Shown here piece after piece: positions 49,901 through 62,148 of a DNA stretch of 64,000 nt (positions within the stretch are counted from its first letter, which is position 1; every line of letters begins with the position of its first letter). The notes beneath the pieces are model-generated. The model saw nothing but the letters and a program-made list of their open reading frames with translations, made no database searches and was not told the origin of the DNA. The stretch is from contig NW_019028979.1 of the NCBI RefSeq assembly GCF_002105155.1, positions 558,001 to 622,000 on the forward strand. The letters run 5' to 3'. This DNA comes from Lobosporangium transversale. Taxonomy: Eukaryota. The position numbers and the translations under genes are program-made.

Positions 49901-51291
49901 TCATCATAAATGATGTCTCCTGTTGAGGGTTGTACAGCAAGCATTGCAATCCTGACCTTTTCATCTGCACCGTTACCGCCCTGAGGTTCTTCATATAAAC
50001 ACATAAGATACTGAGATACGGTGCCTCTACCAACAAAACTCCCATTAAACTGCTCTTCGTCCCGATCTAAGCTCTCTAGAAATGTTGCTCTTGTATACAA
50101 ATTAGTGAGTTTTCGGGTAAAAGGTGCACTCTTATTGTCGCCAGCAGACTTAAGAGCCGCTGTTTCCATTTGGCGCACCACGCCCACTTTGTAGCCTGCA
50201 TGAACCAGCCTAATTACGACAAAGGACAGTGGCATACGTTAATAAAATGAGAAAATATCATACTCGATAGCTAATAAACAAATAGAATCCTAAATATGGG
50301 GACGCGACACCTTACCGCCGTACATGAACATCCAATCGATGGGTAGGTATACTTGCAGTGTAAAAATTATGGTCCATGAAGTGTGCGATCCCAAGTTCCT
50401 TTGAGGCAATCTAAAAAAGTGACCGACATGTTAGTGCGATCAATGTTACGCCAGCGGACAAATCAAAGTCACTTGAGAGAACCGATTTACCTCTGCGTCT
50501 TCTCCAAAGAAACGAAACTTGTATCCAACCTCAATACAAAGGATTGCATCCGGATGTTGATCTTTAATCTCAACAAACTGCTTTTCGAGAGGTGTGTAAA
50601 TACTTTTGGTGGACTTTTTAGAACTTACGGATCGGTTTGGATTTATGGGCACATGTTGTTGGATCTGTGGTTGCTGTGGCGATGAGCTCACTAAGATTTT
50701 TTGGTCTCCTTCTTCATCACTCTCTGCTATAATCAACCGATGCCTTCTCCTGGTAGGCTCGTGCGCTTTTTCATCCAAGCTCGGATGTGATTTTTCGAAG
50801 TTGCCCAGCTTTTTCAAAAACCGTTCTCGTCTCTCGTCCTTTGCCTGCTGGGCTACAGCATCATATGATCCCCTTTCATCCTCCTCATTAACATTCATGG
50901 TAGTCTCATGGTATTCAAACTTTGACAGATCCTTATTGAAAACTTTCTTTCCTACTTTTTCTCCTAAAGGAGCCTCTTCGCTGCTGATATTCGACCCTGC
51001 TTGAGGTATGGATCCCGAAGGTTGACGTGGCGGCGACATATGATCATAATGTTGCATGTCACTCGTGAACCCGGACGGGAACAAAGGCTCGTCCTGTATT
51101 GTCCCCTTAATAGTATCTTTGCGCCGCTTCGAATCTCTACCACCTTGTGAATCGTATTCATTCCTCTCTCTATTGCCTTTTCGTTTAGTTGAAATAGATG
51201 ACCCTGTTGAGGATTGATTCTGATCGGTGTCTATAGTTTGTGGCGAAGCTGCTTTTGGCTTGAAGAAACTGAGCAAAGTCTTTTGTGACAT
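46940..51291 (-). CDS. MSH3: DNA mismatch repair protein Msh3 (MutS family), multi-exon
   Basis: N-terminal PIP box [28 protein letters not shown] (Msh3-type); [38 protein letters not shown]. Confidence 0.93.
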
Positions 51292-51497
51292 GGCGAGAGG
51301 CTTTTCAGTCAACCATGAACGCGAGGAGTTTTTTTGTGAGAAAAAAAAAAAAAAAAATGGTGGCAATGTGCAGTCACTACAGCCACCAAAAGAGAAAGCT
51401 ACTGTGGGAAAAAAAAAAGACTTTACTTGATCTGTTTCTTTTCTTTACTAAATCCGTATCCTTCCCTTTCCTCTGTTCCCCTGTCTTTCCCATCGTC

Positions 51498-51951
51498 ATG
51501 TCTCTAAATAGACCTACCATATGTATCCTTGGGTGCGGCACCATGGGTGTTGCCATCATTCGTGGCACTTTAGATTCCATGGAATCTGATTCGAAGATCA
51601 TTTCTGGTGTTACGGCTTCTCGAGATGACGATAGACAGTGTGGACAGGAGGAGTTACTTCGCCCAGCCGGATTTATTGCTTGTGTGAGCCATGAAGAGTC
51701 GGCCAACAAGCTGCGCAAGGTTCTCGGCGACCATGCCAGAGTGCTTCATGGTGAAGCAGGCAATGTTCAGGGCGTATCCGGGGCCGATGTGATTCTGCTT
51801 TGGTAAGTTTATTATTATTATTTATTTATTTTACTTTTCTTTGGAAGTTTGATGTTGTTTTTGAATAGATCAGCTTTTAGCAGTAGGTGAAGGTCAATAT
51901 AGTATTTTGGTGGCCAAATCTGACTTTGACGGGTATTGCCATTTTTTGATG

Positions 51952-51986
<35 letters not shown>

Positions 51987-52881
51987 CGAAGCCCCAGGTA
52001 GCTAAAGCGGTTCTTTCTGCACCTGGTATCAAGGAGGCATTGACAGATAAGCTGCTGGTCAGCATCTGTGCTGGTGTTACAATTGAACAGCTACAGTCAT
52101 GGACTACGCCTACGACGACCGTTATTCGAGCCATGCCTAACACACCCTGCAAAGTGCGTAAAAATTATTATCGACTCATTTCAGAAATCAGCTAGCATTC
52201 CTATTTTAATTGATTTGCCATCGCCGTTATTTTTCATTTTTTAAACTAATACAATAGATTCGTGAGGGGATGACAGTGCTATCATGTGGACCCAATACCG
52301 CTGCCCAATATCTGACGTTTACCTCCAAGATTTTCTCGACACTTGGCCGATGCAGAATCCTGGATGAAAAGCATCTTGATGCAGTGACAGCTTTAGCTGG
52401 AAGTGGACCAGCATTTGCATGGTTAGTATTAATATATATACTTTGTGTAGGTATCTTTATCGCACATCGAACAAAAAAGCACTATGTATTGATCCCTTTA
52501 TTTATCATAGCGTGATGCTAGAAGCCTTAGCTGACGGTGGAGTCATGATGGGTCTACCTCGCGACGTTGCCACAGAACTCGCAGCACAAGGTACGCAAAA
52601 AAAAAAAAAAAAAAAAAAGCTTCCATAGTCTTCCCATTTACTTAACCATTATTCTTATGAGTTTGATAGTTCTCCAAGGCGCAGCAAGAATGGTGCTCAC
52701 GACAGGAGATCATCCAGCGGCCATCAAGGACTCTGTAACAACCCCAGGTGGATGCACTATTGCGGGCCTGCTCACGATGGAGGACGGTAGAATCCGTTCT
52801 ACACTTGCGAGGACGATCCAGGAGGCTGCAACCGTAGCATCGACTCTTGGTCGTGATAAGAAGCCCCAGAATGATGAATAG
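51498..52881 (+). CDS. PRO3: Pyrroline-5-carboxylate reductase, 5 exons
   Basis: ICILGCGTMG (Rossmann), RAMPNTP, TALAGSGPAF, LEALADGGVMMGLPR, KDSVTTPGGCTIAGL. Confidence 0.94.
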
Positions 52882-55800
52882 GTTGTATTTATTCAAATAA
52901 ACATAATTTAAAAAGCCAGGTGTTTTGGCAAAGCCAAGAAACAAGACCATGTGTATTATAATAGATGTTGATCTGTCGCTATGCTAGGCCTTATTGGGCT
53001 GGATGTTCAGTCTTCTTTAGGACACAAAAAAAAGTGAGGGCTCCGGGCTCGCATGAGGGCTAGAAAATATTTATTTTCCTGAAATTCCTCACCAATGACT
53101 CGGAATACTATACCTCAAGTAGTGAAGTCACCCAATACTGCGCCAAAAACACTTGTAAATCCCTAGAATGATGTAATATATGTGTTCGCATGTCTCTAGA
53201 GCGTTATACGTGGTTTAGATATAAAAAAAAACTATCAAGTTTCTATGCTGAAGATGTTTAACGAAAACGCGTCTAAACATCGGTTGCTGTCTAGTTTTTA
53301 CTTGAAAATAAACAAACCCTGCTAAAGATATCCAAACTCTCCAAACTTCCCGAATAAATAGAGTTCCAAATGAGGGCTATGAATCGTTAATAATCTCAAG
53401 GTGTTTACTGAATAAACAGAAGTTTATCATGTGCCTAAATATCAAAAAGTCTTCAAAAATTGTTGTTTTTTCAGCTTTACGTATATGAAAACTCGAAGCC
53501 TGTCCTTGTAAAGCCAGGCGTTAGAATATAGCTGTAGTTAGTAGCTACCATTAATGCCACGGGCTATGAAGAGATACGATGTATGAGAATGCTATATATA
53601 TTCTAACTCTGAAAATAGAGGTTAAAGGATGGAGTCATTGTCCGGTTCACTTGATCATGCTATAATTCATTCGTAGTATATTTTGGATATTTTAAAATAG
53701 CTTCTAAGGTTGTTAGGATAATTACCAGCCAACATATATAAAATACAACACTTCGAATGAATTGTGTCGTGACCAAGTGAACTGGACATACAAACTCATG
53801 TCATGTTTTGTTTGAGCACTACAAAAAAGGCCGCGTTTACAATCCATGGAGATTCAAAAGACTTACTTTACTATCCCAATTCCTTGACACACCTTATAGC
53901 TCTGAGCCTTTGCTTTCGTTTCATTATCCCACATTCTATACCTCTGAACCTTCATTTTCATTTATTGTCTCATTTCTTGAAACTATGCCTGCCACACGTT
54001 CCACACGTTCGTCAACTGCACCTTCATCTTCCATATGTCCGTCGGCTGTTAAAGGCTCTCGCTCTATTATGGAGCTTCGAGCCATTCGACAACCGTTTCT
54101 CAGTTGAAAGGGTCCACATCGGGGGTGCAACGTATCATCCGAGCACGGTGAACCAAGCGGGCTGTGCGACGTATCATCCAAGCACGGTCTGTGGAGACTG
54201 AAGAAGAGTCACAAGGCCAACAGGTTACGGAGGATGAGGAGAAGCTTTATAATAAGGTTTACAACTGCGTTGACGAGTGCACCTTGCTTGACTTCCTCGA
54301 AAGGGAGAGAAAAGAAGGGAGAGAAAAGAAGGGAAAGGAAAGAACAAGAGAAAAGAAGAGTTTTAGAGCAAACTTAGATTTAGCGTTTGCTTGGACACAG
54401 GTTCTGTCGTACAGAAGAGAGTCGGTTAGGTGAAGCTGAGTATTATACGATAAACAAAAAAAAGTAAGAAACACGAGTCAGTGGCGTCAAGGCCAAGGTC
54501 TTAGTACTTCTTTGAGCCAAATCATTTAATTTATCCCTTGGACCGTAAGCACATTTAGTTTCCATCAACTCATAGGCAGCTCAGGTGCAGTTCTCTATGC
54601 TTTCTACTAGCAGAAAGCAACCGTCTGTTGCATGCCAACAAAAAAAAAATTAGTAAAGATTAATCAGTAAATATTATTCATAAAAAATCAATCAGCAAAA
54701 AGCATATATTAAGCTATATCACCACGATGCACTATGTCCACCATTTACTTGCCTCCACTCTTTTAGCACATCTAGAGACATTTACCATTTTTTCATTCCT
54801 TCTTCCTCAGTCTAAAGAAAAACAAAACACCATTCCTGCTCCTTTTACGCTAGGGGAATGTTACCGAATCTCCATATTGATCTAAAAATGGTTATCTTTC
54901 AAGACTTTAAAAAATCAATTGATTGCATCTTTGCCTCTAACAGCAATAGCATCAAGGCAAACTGCTAGGGGGTATTCATAGATATTCCACCAGAGCACGT
55001 TGTTACCAAACCAACCTTAGTAATCTCCTAGAACCAGCCCTACCACGGTTAAAATACTATCTTAGATGCGTGGTATATTTAATCATGATGCGATTAGTGC
55101 CGGAAATATTGGTGAGATCTCAACCTCCAGGCCCGACTTCGAGAAGTGCCGAACGGAATGTGACGAAATTTTATCACAAGGATCTATAGGTGTGGGACGC
55201 ACAGCTGTGAGCAATGTTGTGAACAATGCGATACAAGTACATGATGCCCGTGAGCATAATTATCTTTAACAACACAATATGCGTCAGTTGTTATGGATGA
55301 ATAGATGACTTATGAGTCTTTGCTATTGTTGCTTGAGTGGGGATTGCTCGCGACGTTAACGTTGCAGCTGGGGACCGTGAGTATCGTATCTTTCATGCCA
55401 AGCTTAAATAGCTTATTTCTCATCAGAATTGGCATGGAACTTACTCCTCAAACGACAGATGGGTCAGATATACCTTTTTGTGTGTTGCTTTTATGCAACT
55501 GTTGCTCGTATCCGCAGTCTCCCTACTAACTTAGTATTATGTTCAGTACTCGTGTAAATAGATAACCAAGTTGCAGTGCGTCTCACTTTCTGGCTACTTG
55601 AATTGTATATCACTTTGCCAATTCTTACTGAATAATCATTAATTTATTAAGACGAGTTTACATCAAGTGTTACCCCACTAATGGCCTCAAACCAACCAAC
55701 GGCCCCGAACCAGTCAATTGCATCATCAACAAGCATCGCGCCATCAAGAGCGACCAAGATCCCGCAGGCATCTGGGATGCCTCCTGGCAAGAGGCGCGAA

Positions 55801-57574
55801 TACTCAGCTACAAATATCATTAATCAGCCATGGCGATCTTTGCTTTATCTTATGTTGTGAAAAGTTGGTATTTATAGTTTGCTCTGGGTTCTATACTAGT
55901 AGCGATGATTACTCTGTAAAGGCTATGTTAATCACATGTAATGTTGTTCTTGTTTAGATCAAAGGCGGTGATGTGGCCTGCCAGGAGGCGTGGCCTCAAG
56001 CCCTCAATGGTATCCATTTAAACCTATACAGATTCATTGAGACAAAGCTGCATCACCCTCCGCCCCTTACCAAGATTTCAGGCAGAATATCGACATGCAG
56101 CTTGAAGACTTAGAAGTGCTAGCCTTTAATGTCCATAGTATGTATGAAACTAATACTAAACATTACTTCTTTTTAGATTCGAAACTCACTTCTTTTGTTA
56201 TTTAAGATAGATGTCTGTGCAGTCCTGTTCTCATTGCGATGCCATGGCATCCGATCTCGCGACCAAACACCTGCTTCGACTCCCTAATTCCACCGCTTCG
56301 TGGAAGCAATTCCTGTTAGGAAGTACACTGAATGTTCTTATAGCCTATGTGGTACGTTGCTTATTAGTTGCCCTCGTCGGGAAAGTGCTGTGGAAATAGA
56401 CTAATCCTTCTTTTCATAGCATAGGAAGACTTGCAAAATCCGATTGAGAGAACTGAAGAGCACATTTTGTTGCAGGAACAACAAGAACACACGGAGGACC
56501 GACAGACTCCTGAGAGAAAGCTCGGAGACTTTCGATTTTTCAGCTCGGCCAAGAAACAATGCCATGTTGAAATCCAGTCCTCAAATCAGGCACCAACTGA
56601 TAGCAAGACACTTTTTTCTACTTTTGGGCTGGTTTGCAAAAAAAAAAAAAAAAAAAAAAAAGAGTAACTTATAACGATTGCTTTCAACAAAAGTGAAGCT
56701 TTCATAAAGTCCTAATGGATGTTGCATGTAGCTGATTGTCTGTTATTAGGAAAAAAAAAGTCCGTTTGGTGCATCTTCCTTTGGCTCGCACATCCATGTT
56801 CTGCAGCATTTTAAATAAACGAAACTGATGAGTAAACTGGTGATGTCTCTCAAAAGTATTTATCTTCAGTTAAATCTCAAATGATGTAGTCCTTGCCTGA
56901 CAAAAATCTTTTCAAGATTAAAATATCCTTTATTTGATTCAAAAACAATATTTTAAAAGTGTATTGTATTACACGCCAGTGAGCAATCATTTTTGGAAGG
57001 AACACAGCATTGATTTCCTTCATGAAGATTTGTCATTTCTATTAAAAAGATCTCAAGGATATGCACAAGTTCCATGCAAACATTCTAGATCGGCTCCATA
57101 CGATTGCATGCCGGATTCTCAAATCTAAGTAAAAAGGTTTCAGATCTCTAGTTGATAACAAAGTCATATTTTCAAACACATATGATAGCTAGTCTACACT
57201 GTACCCTCTTCTTTTCAATACTATTAAGCTATCGCGGACGAATAACGATGAGCTACTGAGGACGGATTTGTGTTTCTATTTGCTTATTTGCTCAATCGTT
57301 ATTCTGAAAGCATATCTTTTCTGGTCAGGTTTCTAGGACTCGAGAATGGTCAGTAATTAATGCCCGCCGGTTCCTCTCCATAGCAACCGCTATTAGTTGT
57401 GCCAGGCTTTTGTTCCGACTTGCTGTCAATTCAGCAAACACTGACCCTCGATGGAAAGAAATCATTTAAGGTTTATGCAAGAAACTTTATTTTAATTATT
57501 TGGAAGCAAGAAGCATTAAGGTTCGCAATTAAAGCGGTGTTGAATAATTGGCCGTAGGCACAACTTATTGAGAG

Positions 57575-57693
57575 CAGAGGGTCAAGCTTGTCGCTCTTTT
57601 TGGCTAGACTCTTTCAAATATAAATGGTTTACTTAACAAAATTCTTATAATTGAAAAGGACTAACCAAAAAGAGTGACAAGCTTGACCCTCTG
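57575..57693. mobile_element. 119-bp hAT-type MITE with 49-bp TIRs and 8-bp TSD
   Basis: TIR starts CAGAGGGTCAAGCTTGTC (43/49 match between ends); ATTGAGAG is duplicated at 57567-57574 and 57694-57701. Confidence 0.92.
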
Positions 57694-57887
57694 ATTGAGA
57701 GTGTCTGGATGGCACTTTAGCCTAAGGTTAAAAAAGTATAAATACCGTAGACATTTAATATGGAAAGCCACAGCCTGCAATAAACCAATCCTGTATTTCT
57801 GCCTAATCCCTGCTCCACTTGCCATTCCTTGCAATTATCTTGTCTATATTCGACATGAACACACTCCTTGGAAATACTTAGTTTGTC

Positions 57888-60800
57888 ATGACGTCTAATA
57901 GCGATCTCGATTTCAGTTTTGAAGAGAAGAAATACAACGACATGAGCGATGTTGAACAGCAGGAGGAAGACAACGACATCTACTATTCTGAAGAGAGAGA
58001 AAACAACATCAGTTATAATGAGAAGGATGAAGAAAACAACACCAGTTATAATGAAGAGGGGGAAGATTGCGGAGATAATCTATATGCGGGATCTATGAGT
58101 GAGGGAGTTGAAGATGAAGTCGAAGCAGAGTACTGGTCTGATGAAGATAACGATGGGTGTAGATCACCTGTAAGTCTACATACATCGTCTGGTGCCTTTT
58201 AAGCATTGACACGCTTCATGACGACTTATTCTAAAATACAAATGCAACTCTTCTCTTGAAATTTTAAAAGTCCTACTTAGCCCACCAATATCGCTTGGAG
58301 TCTTTAACTTATGGAGAGCTGGATGCACCGCAAGATGTCATTGTAACATTGCAAGTTTCCATAGTCGAAAATGAACTCCTCAACAATAGAAGATCTTCAC
58401 CGCTTCTGGAGGCTGAAAATACCCATAAACTTGCATCGTCTGCAAGGTTTTTGTCATCGGTCTCTTCTCCTCAGCTGCACACCCCATATCAACCTTTGAA
58501 CACTCCACATCGCTCTTCAGGGACTCCACATCGCTCTTTAGGCACCCCATATCATTCCTTGAACACTTCGCATCCCTCTTCCGGCACTCCATATCGCTCT
58601 TCAGGCACTCCATATTACTCTTTAAACACTCCATATCGCTCTTCGAACACTTCCTCTTCACGCAGGCCTCTAGCAGCCACGTTGCCACCTCGGCAGAGAG
58701 AGTCAACCTCAAGTTTTAACAAGTTTCGGGGCCCTATTTCCCTGGAAGAATTCTTCAAGGTCCCGTTCTTCAAGACCCGTTTCCTCAAGATCCCTTTGCT
58801 CAAAGTCATCGTCGAGCTCTGTACAATATGGTGAGTTGCAGAGTCCACAGTCAGCCAAGAAGATCCTACAGAGCCTCATTCATCAGGCACAGCCACCATC
58901 TTCCCGTGCATGCACACGTCCACCAACGCTCAGTGCTGCCCATGATACCTCATCGTTCATCCAGATTTCAGAATTAGACTCTGAGGCGCAATCTATATTG
59001 GAATTACGTCGACAGAACTTGCAAATGGTTAATGAGATATCCGAAGGATGGTGCAAGTTGTATGAAACTCTTGCTCTTGGCACTATTCCGACTCCTGACC
59101 AGTGTGCCGAGGCCCCACAATCGCAGCAAGCTCTTGCAAATATCCCATTTACGCAGGCTCAGCGCAAGGACAGTTTAATGGGACATTTTTTTGAGTCCAT
59201 AAAAAATGTGGGGTTCGTTTGCAAGACGCGTCAGGCCGATAGTGTCTGTGCTTTTCATTTTAAGGTAATGTAAGTGGGAATGCTCGGAAAAGACATGTCG
59301 CACAACATCACGGGGATGAGTATAGTGCTCTTCTCGAATTTCGATCATACCAGCTTTCGGTCCAAGGCGTAGAAACAGCGCAAGAAACATCGCAAGAGAA
59401 TCCGCATGAGATACCACTTGGAGATAAAGGAGACATATCCTTGATGCTAAGAAGATCGAAGTCTGAAATTGTCAGAGAAGAAGTAATGATTTCAAACATG
59501 AAAAAACCAAATTGGTTTGAAAAAGACAATTTCGAAAAGTTACTTTTGCGGATGATTGTCATCGATGGGGCGCCATTTTCGCTACTCAAGTCGGACTCTT
59601 TCGCTGCTCTTTGGAGGTTACGCAACATAGATTTTAGTATACCCTGTCAAGAAACATTACAAGCCAGGCTGAGGGACCGTGTGCAAGATTATAAGCTGAG
59701 GTTCAAGCAATATGCTCATATGAATTTAGATGCAGTTTCAATCACCGCAGATTGCTGGTCTAGCATAGATCAAAGGAAGTACCTTGGGATCATTGCCCAT
59801 TTTGTGACGCCTGAGTTCAAACTAGCTTCTGTAGTCCTTAGAATGGAGCGAACGGATGAATCCTATACGGCAGAATATTTGCTGCAGAAAATACGTAAGT
59901 GAGCTTTGATCCGTATCTCTAGCCTGACTGCTAACCGTTAAGTAAGATTTTAACTCTGGGCTGTCGATTGATAGACCAAGTTACGGATGACTGGGGCCTT
60001 GAGGAAAAGATAATTTGTGTGACGACTGGTCAGGGAACTAACATCAAAAAAGCAATGGGAACATATTCCACTGAAACAGGAGCTGCCTGGATTTCGTGTG
60101 CTTCCCATAAGCTACAGCTATGCGTCAATAAGGCGATAGAGTGTTCCCAAAAGGCAAAGGCGATATTCGATAAGTGCCAAAAGATATCGACATATTTCAG
60201 GAATCATCAGGAGCCGGCGAAAATCCTTGCTGCAAAACAATTAAACCGCTACGGGGAAGCGCGCAAACTACCGACAGTAAATGCAACGTGCTGGAACTCC
60301 CACTTCATTATGGCGGGAAGAGTGTATGAAACCAGAGATGCAATAGTAGCAGCACTTGAAGAGCTGGACAGCATTCCAAAAATCCGGCAAGTTAAGGGCA
60401 GAAGCATTACCTTTTTACCTGAAGAAATCCTCGCACTTGGCGAAATAGTTTCGATCTTAGAGCCTGCATCTCATCTCACGCATTGGTTGGGTAAAACCGA
60501 CAGCCCGACAGTTTCACAAGTTTACTCGAAAATCCATGGACTTATTCCTGCCTCCATCACGGTCGAGACGGAAGCAGCGGTGCAGCTACGTCAACACTTG
60601 GGTGACCAGATCAAGGAGAAATGGTCGCTCGCGGATATACCGGACCCAGTGCTTCTTTCGAGTTATCTGAATCCAGGCTGTGCTGCATTACCCATCTTCG
60701 ATGACCTTGTGGATGGAACTAATACAACGCTCCGAGATAAGGCGAAAACTCTTGCTAAAGATGCCTACATGGAGATGCGGAAAAAAACCCCAAAGGCGCC

Positions 60801-61215
60801 CCAAACCGACTCCCAAACGGATTTTTTAGATGGAAAGTCTGTGTTTCCTTCTATAAATGGCGCAGCTGCCAGCTCTCTCAGCCAATCGTACATGCTTTTG
60901 GAGAGCCAGTTTGCCGTAACTGCCTACGATATCCTTCTTACTGAGAGGAGGGAAGATCTCCTCGAAACTGTTGACAAGGCACTCGAATTCTGGAAGTACC
61001 AAGAAGCTGTTGAAAAAAGGAATGGTACCAAAACTATTCAGGACCTGCCAAGGTTGGCTCGTTTGTTTTTGTGTATCCAGGCCACATCAAATGAATGCAA
61101 GCGACTGTTCAGTAAGGCTGGACTCATACTTACAGAACGCAGGACTGGGCTTTCAGACCACAATCTTTGCAACATGATCTTTTTTAACAGCTTTTATAAA
61201 TTTTATGAGGAGTAG
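57888..61215 (+). mobile_element. hAT transposase (BED finger, DDE, dimerization domain), inactivated
   Basis: AVSITADCWS, CASHKLQL (CxxH), TCWNS, IQATSNECKRLFSKAG..RRTGL; frameshifted BED finger at ~59180-59315; introns present. Confidence 0.88.
58480..58647 (+). repeat. 21-bp coding minisatellite, 8 copies (TP[YH]xS[SL][GN] heptads)
   Basis: Consensus CACTCCATATCGCTCTTCAGG in tandem. Confidence 0.9.
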
Positions 61216-62148
61216 TGCAACCAATCCTGTCATCAGATCCATTTTCATATTTGTTTAAATGAAGCTTGCTATTTAATGATGTGACAATATCGATCCCTTT
61301 CTGGTAATTAATGGAAATGTATTTCACGAGCCTGAACACCTCTTATTCTCACAGTTGGAGTGCTGGTGGGTCTATCCTTTGGGATAAAAAAAAGCATTTA
61401 AGAAGGGGTTGTGGTTTGGGTTCCTTGTTATCATGCAAGCAGTGGAGGGTGTCAATAAGGGGCCAAGGATTATTAAACTGTCTGATTCAATATGGTAATA
61501 CATGAAGATTTTACATTGACATGGAGACGCAACTAGAACTATATATTGTAGACAACTCTTTCTCTTGCAGTTTGGCTGACTCCTTCTCAACCTTCTTCAC
61601 CTTCCATATTTCAACCTTCGTCCTTTACCAAAGCAGACCAACAGTGCACAGGGGACAGAGCATTCACTATTTTACATAGGAAATTTGTGGGCCTTGCAGA
61701 ACAACCACCCTTCAGCTGTTGTGGATTGGATGCACAGACATGGACGCGTAAAGATAAATGGGTAGGATAAAGAGGTGCTATTTCATTTATTATTTTTGCT
61801 TTTTGAGGAGGTGAGTGCCTCGTTTCCCTAGTAGACATAAACTAGAAGTGAAAAGGAGATTAATAGGAAAAGAGATCAGTGGAGAGAGTGAGATTTATAC
61901 GATTAATGGGGAATGAATTAGGCGAAAGTGAGGATTAATTAGCGGCAATGAAAGAACAACCAACAGGCAAATGCTTGTCACAGAACAGGTAAACCTGCCT
62001 ATCGTAACAAGATTGGGCTCATATTTAAAGAAGGGTCAAATATTTTTCTTCGACTTCTTTCTTTCCTCTCTTCTCATTTCTCTCCAAACATTATCGACAC
62101 ATAAGCCTAATATCAATCGTGGGCATTACAGCCTTGCACAGGGAGAAG

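Noticed and set aside
53000..57500. Short ORFs and a 22-bp duplicated motif (~54128-54190) as genes or a defined element
   Set aside because: No recognisable domains and many stops; probably decayed transposon sequence, but no family could be supported.
58480..58647. Regularly spaced repeats as a possible CRISPR array
   Set aside because: Head-to-tail 21-mers with no unique spacers, lying in a coding frame, in a eukaryote.
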